Below the pieces are notes generated by a model. It was given only the letters and a program-made list of their open reading frames with translations. It searched no databases and was not told the origin of the DNA. A DNA stretch of 64,000 nt from Callorhinchus milii (Eukaryota). Shown piece after piece: positions 10,962 through 22,100 of the stretch. The stretch lies in contig NW_024704769.1 in NCBI RefSeq assembly GCF_018977255.1, positions 2,232,001-2,296,000 on the forward strand. Direction: 5' to 3'. Position numbers and translations under genes: made by a program. Every line of letters starts with the position of its first letter. Within the stretch, counting starts at the first letter, position 1.

Positions 10962-12751
10962 ATGGAGCGTTTGGGACCAGGTGGCCGGGCCGGGAAGCAG
11001 ATGACTCGGAGGGTTGGGATCGTGGGATACGGCAGTTTGGGTACGTGGACACTCACTGACAAACGAATGGTGCAACAGCCCACACCGCAGGTCCCCTTCG
11101 TGTCCACCTGAGTAGAGATGGCGAGAGGGCAGGGTAGTTTGGTTAGTGAGCAGCTTTAATGGTGCCTCTGTGTTCTCCTGCTACAGGCCAGTACCTGGTG
11201 GACATGATTGTCCAGGCCGGGGCCGAGCAGGGGCTGCAGCTGGTCTTTGTGTGGAACAGGAGCCAGGAGAAGATGAGAGGACGTGTTCCTGAGGAGCTAC
11301 AGCTGAAGGACCTCAACATGTTTGGGGACAGGTGACAGGGACTAGACATAGTACATAGGAACAGGAGGAGGCTATTCAGCCCCTCGAGCCTGCCCCGCCA
11401 TTTAATAAGATCATGGCTGATCTTCTAACCTAATTCCATTTACTCGCCCCATCCCCATATCCCTTAACCCCTCTATCGTTTAGAACCAATCAACCTCAGG
11501 CTTGAACATGTTCAAGGACTGACTGAGCATCCACAGCCTCTGGGGTAGAGAATTCCCCAAATTCCCTACCCTCTGAGTGAGGAAATGTTTCCTCAACTCA
11601 GTTCGAAAAGGCTGACCCTTAATCTTGAGACTATGACCCCAAGTTTTAGATTCTCCAACCGGGGGAAACGGTCTCACGGCATCTCCCCTGTCAAGACCCT
11701 TAAGAATCTTATAGGTTTCTGAGCACTAACACTACCCGGTCTCTTCCCCCTCCAGAAAATAATCCGGGTTTCTATTTTTATTACCTACGTGCAGTCACTT
11801 CACTCTTCCCCACGTTGTACTCCACCTGCCATCTTCTTGCCCACTCACCCGGGCTATCTATGTCCCTTCGCGTTCCTCGTGTGTCATCCTCACAGCTTAC
11901 CCTCCCGCCTACCTTCGGGTCGTCCGCAAACTTAGATGCCTTCTTGACCTTCTTGACTCACGGGAACACGGACCACGTTCCCGCAACCCGCCCTCGTAAT
12001 TTAACCCTTTAAGCCCTGGTATCATTCTGATGAATCTCTCTCTTTCGCGCCCTCTCACACGCGCGCGCTCCGTCCCTCTCTCACACTCTGCTGCTGTTGT
12101 TGTGTGACTGTTATGCTTCTCTCCGCTCGTCTCCCAGGAAATCTGACCTTATCCTCGAGGTCTCCCACCCTCAGATCACCAAGGAGTTTGGGGAGAGATT
12201 CTTGAGAAATGCGGATTTTATGGTGAGTTTCACCGTGTGAGGGGGAGGGGAGTGAGGGGGACGGGGAGTGAGCGGTAGGGAGTGGCAGAGAGGGGGTGGG
12301 GAGTGAGCGGGGAGGGGGAGTGAGGGAGAGTGAGTAGGGAGAAGATGGGGAGCGAGGGGGAGGAGAGTGAGGGGGAGTGAGGGGGGAGGGAGGGAGTGAT
12401 GGGAGGGGAGCGAGGGGGAGGGGAGGGAGTGATGGGGAGGGGAGGAGGGGGAGAGGAGGGGGAGTGAGGGGGAGGAGTGATGGGGAAGGGGAGTCAGTGA
12501 GGGGTGTGGAGTGAGGGTGGGGGGTGGAGGGGGTAGAGGGGAGTTGGGGTTCAGGCTGAGCCTCACTGTAAGGAGTTTGGTGACGTGTCTCTTGACCCCA
12601 GGCCGGATCACCCACGGCCTTCGCTGACCCGGAGACTGACCGTCGGTGCCGCCGAGCGAGTGCCCAACACGGACACACCCTTTACATCCCCAGTGGGGCC
12701 CTGTGGGGAGCCTCCGACATACAGAAAATGGCGGACAGGGGAACGCTGAAG
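10962..12751 (+). CDS. ASPDH: Aspartate dehydrogenase domain-containing protein, exons 1-4 (3' exons missing at gap)
   Basis: Exons 10962-11040, 11187-11331, 12138-12222, 12602-12751, all GT-AG and in phase. Protein: MERLGPGGRAGKQMTRRVGIVGYGSLG/QYLVDMIVQAGAEQGLQLVFVWNRS.../KSDLILEVSHPQITKEFG.../AGSPTAFAD...LYIPSGALWGASDIQKMADRGTLK. It has the Rossmann GxGxxG motif and the ASPDH VFVWNR and GALWG motifs. Confidence 0.93.
11347..11950 (-). mobile_element. CR1 LINE 3' fragment in ASPDH intron 2
   Basis: Minus-strand translation GHSLKIKGQPFRTELRKHFLTQRVGNLGNSLP is the CR1 ORF2 C-terminus. Confidence 0.85.
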
Positions 12752-12922
12752 GTTAAACACTGGCACATTCGCTTAAATCCCCTCACTCTTCTCAACTGTC
12801 TCAGGCATCACACCCCCCTCCCACCCCACTCCCCGCCTCGCCCCTCCCCGTCTCGCCCCCTCACTAACACCCGCCCCAGCCTTGCCCCTCCCCGTCTTGC
12901 CCCTCTCCGTCATGCCCCTCCC

Positions 12923-12947
12923 NNNNNNNNNNNNNNNNNNNNNNNNN
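12923..12947. other. Assembly gap (25 N)
   Basis: Run of N. Confidence 1.
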
Positions 12948-13155
12948 ACCTGGGAGTGTGGACACAGTGTAGAGGGCTTTACTGTGTCGCTGACCCTGAC
13001 CTGGAATGTGGACACACAGTGTAGAGGGGCTTTACTGTGTCTCTAACCCTGACCTGGGAGTGTGGACGCACAGTGTAGAGGAGCTTTACTGTGTCTCTAA
13101 CCCTGACCTGGGAGTGTGGACGGACGCACAGTGTAGAGGGAGCTTTACTGTGTCT
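12948..13155 (+). repeat. ~50-bp minisatellite (cctgggagtgtggacacagtgtagaggagctttactgtgtctctaaccctga)n
   Basis: About 4 tandem copies abutting the gap. The same unit occurs inverted at 30021-30172. Confidence 0.85.
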
Positions 13156-13196
13156 GGGTGTCAGGCAAGGTCACAGAGGAAGGTAGATGAACTCAC

Positions 13197-16100
13197 TGTG
13201 GGTGTCTCCGTGCTGGGTGTGTCTCTGCTGGCTTTCCTCTTGCCCGGCTTGTCCTGCTCTGTGCTCGCCGTTCTCCCCTCTCTGTTCTTCAGGACCTTGT
13301 ATTGTTTCCGCGGTTGGAGGGGGGGCAGCGGTTTGTCCTCCTCTCCCTTCATGTGACGCTCGTACGGCAGCACCAGCCTGGAGACCCCCACAACCCGTCA
13401 TTGTCCATCCCCCAGGACCAAGCCCCCACGTCATTGAGATGTCTCAAAGCGCTTCACAGGATAGACTCTAAAGTGTAGTGACTGTGTATTTTGTGTCCAC
13501 AAGCAGTGCCCCCACAAATAGTTGTGGTTCTAACCCCTGAGCCACAGGGACTCCTGTTAGAGGAATCGGCTACGATCAATGATTAGACAAGCGCGGGGTA
13601 TACAGAGTTTCTCTCCTGTGCACGACCCTCCAGCCCCCACCCCACCAACCCCTTTGTCACAAGCTATCCTCCCCCCCTTGGGGAGACCCTGGCGTGGGGG
13701 AGTTCCTACCTCTCGTAGTGTCTCCGCGTACACGTGGCTGCGCTCGTGCTGCCCGGGTTTCCGCCCAGCTCGTCGTAGATGTTTTTCCACAAGCGATTTG
13801 TGGTGACCTGCAGGGAGAGGGAGCGTGAGAGAGAGATGGTGGGGTGGGGGGTAGGGGGGGGGTTTTATGGTGGTGGGAGGGATGCAGAGGGGATGGAGAG
13901 TTTCTGGGTGCAATCTATATCCCTCTGGATGGAAAGGCAACACTGCCCCACTTTATCGGGGGAAGCAGTAAACCTCATGGAATCGGGGACACGTACACCA
14001 CAGGGAAGGAGGCCATGCGGGGCCGAGACCCCTTTGATTCCGGTTCAACCCGCAACAAAAGCCCCTCGCGTTCGATGCAGCACCTCGTCACGTCGTCGAG
14101 ACGTTTCAAAACACTTCACGGGATCTATATTGTAAACTGCAGCGACTGTGCATTTTGTGGGTGAACTCGGCAGCTGATTTACACACAGCAGCGTCCCCAC
14201 ATATATTTGGTGGTGGGGGTGGGGGGAGAATTGCTGACCAGGACAACTGTATGTGTGGGCTGCTGTGGGGGGTCAGACTGAGCTACACTCCTCAGACCTG
14301 GTCCTCACATCCTGCAGGTAGAAAGGTCGGGAGGACATCCCAAGCTCACTGGACAGTTAAGGGTTTGCACCTGACCTGGGGGTTGGGATCAAGAGGGTTG
14401 GAGTGTGAGCGTGGGGTGGGGTGGGAGGGGAGTCGAAAGCACGATCAAAGAGGAAAGTCTTGAGATGGGCCTTGAAGGAGGAGACGGAGGGGGCGAGGGA
14501 GGGTGCGGGGCCGAGGAAGCTTGCATGGAGGGGGTTCAGGGAGGGGTTGAGGTCGAGGAAGGGCCGAGGAATGGGGGAGGGAGGGGGGCAGGGGCGAGGG
14601 AGGGGGGGGGTGAGGTGGATTAACTTATTATTACTTGACCAATAAGTGTGCTACTTACCGCTTCATAACCACCGAGCTTCTCCACTGCTCTGTACATGGT
14701 CCACAGGTTAACTGGAGGGAGACACGAGATAGAGACCGTGTTAGGGTTAAGGTAACTCACTCTCCTCTCAGACCTGGTTCACAGGGAACCAACCAACCAA
14801 CCAACCAATCATTGTGTATTGGTTTCCAACCCGACAGCCAATTTGGACACAATGGGCACAACCAGTCATTTTTTCTGGGGGGAAGCGGTGTTGTTTGCTT
14901 GGACTTCACTTTACAGTCTTATCCATAGGACGAAGCCTTCAACAATGTGGCACTGACCCCCCGTCCCCCCCACACACCACTGCACCGGAGCGTCAGCCTG
15001 GAAAGTCTCCAGGGGAGGGGAGAAAGGGGGAGGAGGTGGGGGAGGGGAGAGTGGGACGAGGGAGGGAGGGGAGGGAGGGGTTGAAATCATGAACCTGCTG
15101 CTTTGGAAGTGTTTGGTTCAGGAAGAGATGAGGACTTTGTGTTTGAGCCTCGATGGGGGGGGGGAGAGGGAAGCGAAGGGGATTTGGGGCTGGAGAGAGG
15201 GCACACCTTGTTTGAAGCCGAGGTGAGGGATCCTCTCGATTGGCCGGTTGCTCTCCTTCATGAACCTGTACAGGTTGGTGATGAAGTGCTGCTGCTCCAG
15301 GCCAGAGGCCTGCACACTGTCCTCTCCCGCTCCCGCTCCGCAGAGCTTCACTGGCTCCGAGCACGGCTCCATCCCATCACATTTCATCTGCCAAGTCAAG
15401 CTCCAAGTTACACAGTGTCACCGAGCGAGGGCGGCGGTGGGGGGGGGGGGGTGGAGGAGGGATTATGGACCAAGTGTTATGGACCAAGGGAGGGGGAGGA
15501 TGGTCACTGTATGTTGACCATTGTGGTGGAGAAGAGGAGAGAACAACAACAAGTACGTATATAGCTCCATTCACACAGAGCAGTGTCTTGGGGGGGGTTC
15601 AGAGATGGGAAGAGAGGAGAAGGGACGATAAGGAAAGAAAAGAAGGGGAGGTTGGACAGCTGTTAAGAAAGCGTGTTAGTTTTGGGGCTTTATAAATAGA
15701 GGCACAGAGTACAAAAGCAAAGACGTTTTGCTAAACCTTTATAAGTTGTGCAGAGCCTTGAATAGGGCTTAGAGGAGATTTACCAGAATGGTACCAGGGG
15801 TGAGGGGCTCCAGTTATGCGGAGAGACGAGAGAGGCTGGGATTGTCCTCCTTAGGGCAGAGAAGGTTGAGGGGAGATTTAATCGACTTGTTCACAATGAT
15901 GAGGGGTTTTGATAGAGTAGATAGGGAGAAACTGTTTGCACTGGGGGGGTGGGGGGGGGCAGTAACCAGGGGACACAGACATAAGATCATTGGCAAAAAA
16001 GATATGGAGACATGTTGTTACCCACAGAGTTGTTACGGTCTGGAACTCACGGCCTGAAAGGGTCGGTGGAAACAGATGCAATAACAACTTTCAAAAGGGA

Positions 16101-19100
16101 ATTAGATAGGAACTTGGAAAGGAAACATTTGCAGGGGTTTGGGGGGTGGGGGAGAGCGCATGGGGGAGTGGGACTGATTGGGTAGCTCTTCCAAAGAGCC
16201 GGGGCACAGGCCCGATGGGCTGAATGGCCTCCTTCTGTGCTGTAATATTCTACGATTCTAAGAGGAGAGGAGAGAAGAGAAGGGAAGCGAGTTCAAGTCT
16301 AAAAACAAGCCGAACAAACACTCTTCAGCTCATGCACAGCAGTGGGAGGCAAACTGCTGCATTCACAATTTCCACTCACTACAATTCACAGAGCAAATCT
16401 TGCTGTTTGTTTATGAGTGGTGGCTATCTGACGTAGCATCGATCAGACAAGGCCACACCACAGAAACCGCCGTTGCTTTTAACTGTGAACCCGGGTCTGT
16501 GAATTGGAATGAGCTTACGCACAAAACATTACAATGCGTCACATAAGGCACCTTGGACTGAGGCTGGTCACGGTCTGAGTCACTGCAGTCCTGCCCCTCA
16601 CAGTCTGAGGACAGTTTCCTCTTGCGAGATCTTCCCTTCAGGTCAGGAGCTGGAAGGCAATCAATGGTGAGCAAAGGGTGAGACAATGGAGTTGGCAACT
16701 CAACCCCCGTACCCCAACTCAACCCCCGTACCCCAACTCAACCCCCGTACCCCAACCCAACCTGTGTACACAACAACAAATGACATTTACACAGCGCCTT
16801 TCACATCAGGAAGACGTCCCAAGTCGTTGGACAGTCAGGGATCCACACTTGAGCTGGGGGTTGGGATCAGGAGGGGTGAGGGCGGGCGAGGTGGGTAGGG
16901 GTAGGAGGGTGACCAAAGGCACGGTTGAAGAGAAGGGTCTTGAGATGAGTCTTGAAGGAGGCAAAGGAGGGGATGAGATGGAAGGACTGTGGGATGGAGT
17001 TCCAGAGGGTGGGGACAGAAGAGGCTGAATGCCCGACCAACAGGCAATCTGTGAGGACAGCAGTGGTCATGGAGTCGAGGGTGGAGGCAGACAGGTGGAG
17101 TTGGGTATCACCCGCATACATGTGGAATTTGACCCCATGTCTGCGGATAATGTCACCAAGAGGGTACACATAGATGTTGAAGAGGAGGGGACCAAGGACA
17201 GAGCCTGAGGAACGCCACACGAGACGGTGTTTACAATGACAGAGCAGGTCACAGTGCGACTCAGAAATACAAACATAGAAACAGGAGGAGGCCATTCAGC
17301 CCCTCGAGCCTGTTCAGCCATTTTACAAGATCATGGCAGACTTGTACCACAAGTCCAATTACCTGCGAAGGCCCCATATCTCTTAACACCCTGACCGAAC
17401 AAACATCGATCCGCTTCAGAAAACGTGAATGGATCTGCCATCCCCAATCCTTTGGGAGGGATAGAAAGAGAGTTCCAGACATCTACAGAACAAGGCTTGA
17501 GGGGCTGAATAGCCTAATCCTGTTTCTATGATAAATACCACAATATTTAATTCCCATGACGTCAGCGCAAACAGCAAACAGTGGGTGAGGCCGGTGTGCA
17601 GTGAGCGCAAAGCACAGCCTGGGGCAGGGCAGAGGATAGCAGCCACTGGCCTGAGGTTGAACCTCTCCAGTGGGTCTGACCATCAGGTCAGGGGACGAGG
17701 AGGGTTTGAGGGTGTGAGCGTGTAAGGTTGTGAGTGTTTGAGTGTGCGAGTGTGAGCCTGAGGTGCCAGGCAGTGAGAGGCTCAGCTCAGATCTCCGTGG
17801 TGTGAAAGACCATTTTCATTTTCACACCAACCACAGACACGTGATTGTAAATCCTGCCGATGTGATAGTGAGTCTCTGGGTCTTTAACCTCCAATAAATC
17901 TTCACCGACGTTTGGTGTGTGTCTGGACAGGGCTGTACCTAAATTAGCTGCAAATTTACGAGCCCGGTAAGACCCCCCCCCCACCCGCCCCCAGGGGTGA
18001 TAGCCTCCGGTGGAACTCTACTCGGTTCTGTGGGACGTGATGGGCCCAAACCTGGAGGCCAACAGTAACATGCAGGGACCTTGGCAGAATCTGGGAGGAA
18101 AGGCAGCATCTTCCTACTGTACAAACGAAAAAGGGGGAGGAGGAGGAGATAAAGAACTGGTGACCGATCTCACTCCTGAATGTGGGCTGTAAGATCCTGG
18201 CAAAAAGGTGATCTCTGAGCAGATGAAGACTGTCCTCAAGCGGGTAATAACCCCAGACCAGACCCGCACGGTTTGGGGCCGAAGATTCCTGGCTGCCCCC
18301 TACCTGCGCCCCCACCCCCACCCCCCACCCTGTTTGTCTGCTGCATCGAACCCTTTGCACAGGCCATCAGGAGGGACGAGAGCATCAGAGGTGTCACCAT
18401 CCTGGGCAGCCACGACATACAAGCCAAGGCATCCCTGTGGATGGATCATGTCTCCGTCCTTTGCGCTAGCCAAAAGTTGGTCTCGAGCTGCCAGGCCTTT
18501 GCGACCGGTTTGGGCAAGTCCCGGGAGCCAAGGTCAACCACCAAGAAAACCAGGTGACGTACTTTGGAGACTGGAAAGAACGCAGTCACAGACCAATTGG
18601 GGTGAAGCCAGAACTAAATCAAAGCCCTCGGCATCTGGTTCGGGGCTGCCGGGGCGGGTCAGAAAAGCTGGGAGGAGCGTCTAGGTACAGTGAGGACGAA
18701 ACCAGTGATGTGGCACCGGAGCTCACTGTCCATCACCGGAAAAAACCTGGTGATAAAGCGTGGAGGCCTTCTCAGAGTTTGTGGCCCAGGTCTGGCCGTT
18801 GACCACAGCGGTCACCAGAAAGATCTTCCAACTGATCTGGGGGGGTCCAGGTTGGATTGTGTCCGCAGGGATCGATCCATCTTGAAATTCCGGAAGAACG
18901 ACATCTCAGATCCCGGCGCAATCACCAAGTGGTCTGCGCGGCAGGTAGCCGAGACAGTTCGAAAGGGGGAGAGGCCAGACCCGATCGGGAGATACCCTGC
19001 GCCCACAGCCAGCTACGTCTAGCCAAACACCTCGTCGCCGGCCCTGACCAACAGCCGTCAGGACATGGCCCGACTGGCAATAAAATGGAGACAAACCCCC

Positions 19101-22100
19101 TCCCACCTCAGGGCATGGTCGGTCGAGGTCTGGGCCAGTCAGCACGACCACCTCCTCTTGGAGGGTTGGGACCCGAAGGCGGTTTGGAAAAAGGTGGAAA
19201 GGATTCTCTCGCGGGTCGTCCCTGGGGACCTGCTCTACGGCACTCGGTGCTGTCCCAGGATCTCACAGCGCAACCCACAGCGAGCGCCCGGCGGGTCATA
19301 AACTCGGTAAAGGAGGCCCTTCGGCTCCCGAAGCCAGAACCGAGGGAACGATGAGGGGAAGGAACGTACCGCTAAACAAACCGAATCTTTTTCGTATCGG
19401 GAGAAAAGGAAATAAAATTGTCACAGAAGATGTGGCACTCTGCGAGTGTTTTGAATTGGCATTCGCACCAAATATTACGGTTGTAAATAAATAAGTGCAT
19501 ATTTTAAATAAACTTCCACATTCGCCTAAAAATACAGTCAATACACTTGACGGTAAAATCCAGTGAAGCGCTCGACGACGCAATAAGGCGCTGTATCAGA
19601 TGCGAGGATTATTATTATTTAACGCAATGAAAACATTTGGATTGAGAACTGGATGAGATTCTCTTGGACTCCAGTCAGCGTCAGATATTGGCTCAAATAG
19701 GCTTTGAACCCATCACCACAGAGAGATCGTATAGAACAAGCACCTTCCGCGCCCCCCCTCCACCCCGCCCTCCCCGACTCCCTCCCCCACCTCCCACAAC
19801 AGCCCCCAAACTGAAAGCAAATCTAAAACAAGTTTGAAGACTGTGTGGAAACAGCACCATAATTAACAGGGGAACTTGGCGCTCGTCAAGGCCGGTGCGT
19901 TCATAACCGTCAGCCCACCCCACCCCACCCCACTGAAGATCAGTCGCAATGAAGGAGGCACTTAGGTCCGTCCGATCTCATCCCTCATCACTAACCCCAA
20001 CACGCCCACACACGAGGTGATAGCTTCACCCACCCCACCACTCCCCACCCCCACCGCAGCCCCTCATTTCACGTACAAACCCAGAAGTGGCTGGGAACAC
20101 GCAGCAGGTCGGGCAGCATTCATGGAGAGAAGAAAATGAGTTGCATTTCAGGTCTATTTCGTCAGAGCCGGCAGCCTAGGCATTGTTTTCTAAAATGATT
20201 GTGAAACACAGGAGTTTCAAACTTCTGGTGTTATTAAACACAAAAGAATTTCCCCTCTTATTACTCACTTCCTCTTTGGAAAAAACAGAGAGAGAGAGAG
20301 AGAGAGAGAAAAGCACCCTCACAAGACATCGTTGGTTCCTGAATCCAACCTCCCGTTACTGAGCAGGTGCTTTTCCCCGCTCGTGAGGTGAGCGTTTCAC
20401 TGATGAGAAGCCCCACGTGAAGGAGCTGTCCGATGGATAAGGCGTTAAAAACCGAGGTTCCCCGACCCACCCGGTCTGTGCCCTGTCCAGACGGACGTTA
20501 AAAGATCTCCGTGGCGTTCGGTTTTAACGTCTCATCCGTAGGATGGTGCCTCCCAGCCCTGAGTTGGAGCAACTGTGACACAGCCTTTATTACACTGTAT
20601 CCCGTGAATCGCTTTGAGACGTCTCGAGGATGTGATAAGGCGCTGCATCAAATGCATGGTTTATTATTATAAAGGTCCTGATGGGGTGGGGATTAAACCC
20701 ACAAATATCTGACCAGAGGTGTATGTGCTACAGGCGTGTGAGAGCCCTGACTCCAAACTCCTCTCATATTAATTCACGTACAAGGACCACCCTCTCATAC
20801 GACCAGATAAAAAGGTTTCACTGCAGCCACAATTAGTATTTATTCTGCATTAATATTAATAGGAAAAATATGAAAGGGATAAGAAAACCATTAGGTTTGA
20901 TCAGATGAATGAATGACTAACAGATTAGCATTGAGAGTGGAGAGTGGGGGGATGAGAAGGGGAAGCCGGCGAACAAGGTGGGTGGTGGAGGGGAGGGGAC
21001 AGGTGAGGTAGAGGGAGGGGACAGGTGAGATAGGAGGGAGGGGACAGGTGGGTAGAGTTTGAGGAGGTGGGGGGAATGTAAAGGTAAGAAGCAAGACATT
21101 AACCAGGACAGAGACAGCGACAGCGACAGAGAAATGACAGAGACAAGCAAAACATCCAGAACTTTAACAAAAAAAGGCACCGAGGGCAAAAGGTTCTGAC
21201 AAAAGATTATTGACCTGAAACATTAACTCGTTTTCCTCTCTCCATGGATGCTGCCTGACCTGCCGCGTGTTCCCAGTGACTCCGGTTTTTATTACAGAGG
21301 CGGTGAGGGCTGTTTCACTGACGTGTGGGAATACAGTGGCTCAGCAATCCCTCCGGATATTAGTAATATAGTACAATAATCTGCACATTCCGTACAGCGC
21401 CTTGTGTGTCGGGGGCGACGATGGGGGGGATTCACTGCCAAGTGACTTGACATAAGCCAACACCACGACAACAACGTGCATTTACACAGCGTTTAAACCT
21501 GGATAAAGCGGGAGAAAACATGCCTGAGGGAACGGTCCCGCTGGCCAGGGAATTGGTGACTTCTATTTGACACGCGGAGAGGTGGGGGGGTGATGGGGAA
21601 GGGGGTGGGGGTGGGTGTGTGGATGAGATACCACTTCGTGACGCCTTGGACACGTGTGCATTCACAGCGTTCTCACGCGAAAGGGCTTTGTCAGAGAAAC
21701 GTTCGCCCTTGATCTTCAACATGATTGTCTGTGAGTGACCTTCCCCCCCGATCCTCCCCAAGTGTCCGCATCAGCGCAAAGCTGGCTCCATCGTTAATCA
21801 TTCCTGAGCAGCGCGTGCAGCTCAGAGAGAGACAAATCCCCCCCCCCCCCCCACCCCGAGACTGCTACTGAAACCCCTCATAGCGCTTCGCAAGAGATTA
21901 CTGGCTGTGTGTAGTGACTGTGCTTCAGGAGGCAAATGCAGCAAGCCGGTTTGCACACTGCAAAAAAAAAAAAACACAGCCCTGCAGTGAATGAGCCATT
22001 TTCGCCCTCAAAACACACAGTCACTACACAACCGTCTGGGAGAAACTCTGCTTCTCTTTGCCCAGAGCGCGTGGGCAAACAGCGCGTTTGTTTTGTGTTT

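Noticed and set aside
12055-12678. 207-aa Pro-rich ORF on the minus strand
   Set aside because: Antisense translation of a G/A-rich ASPDH intron and its flanking exons.
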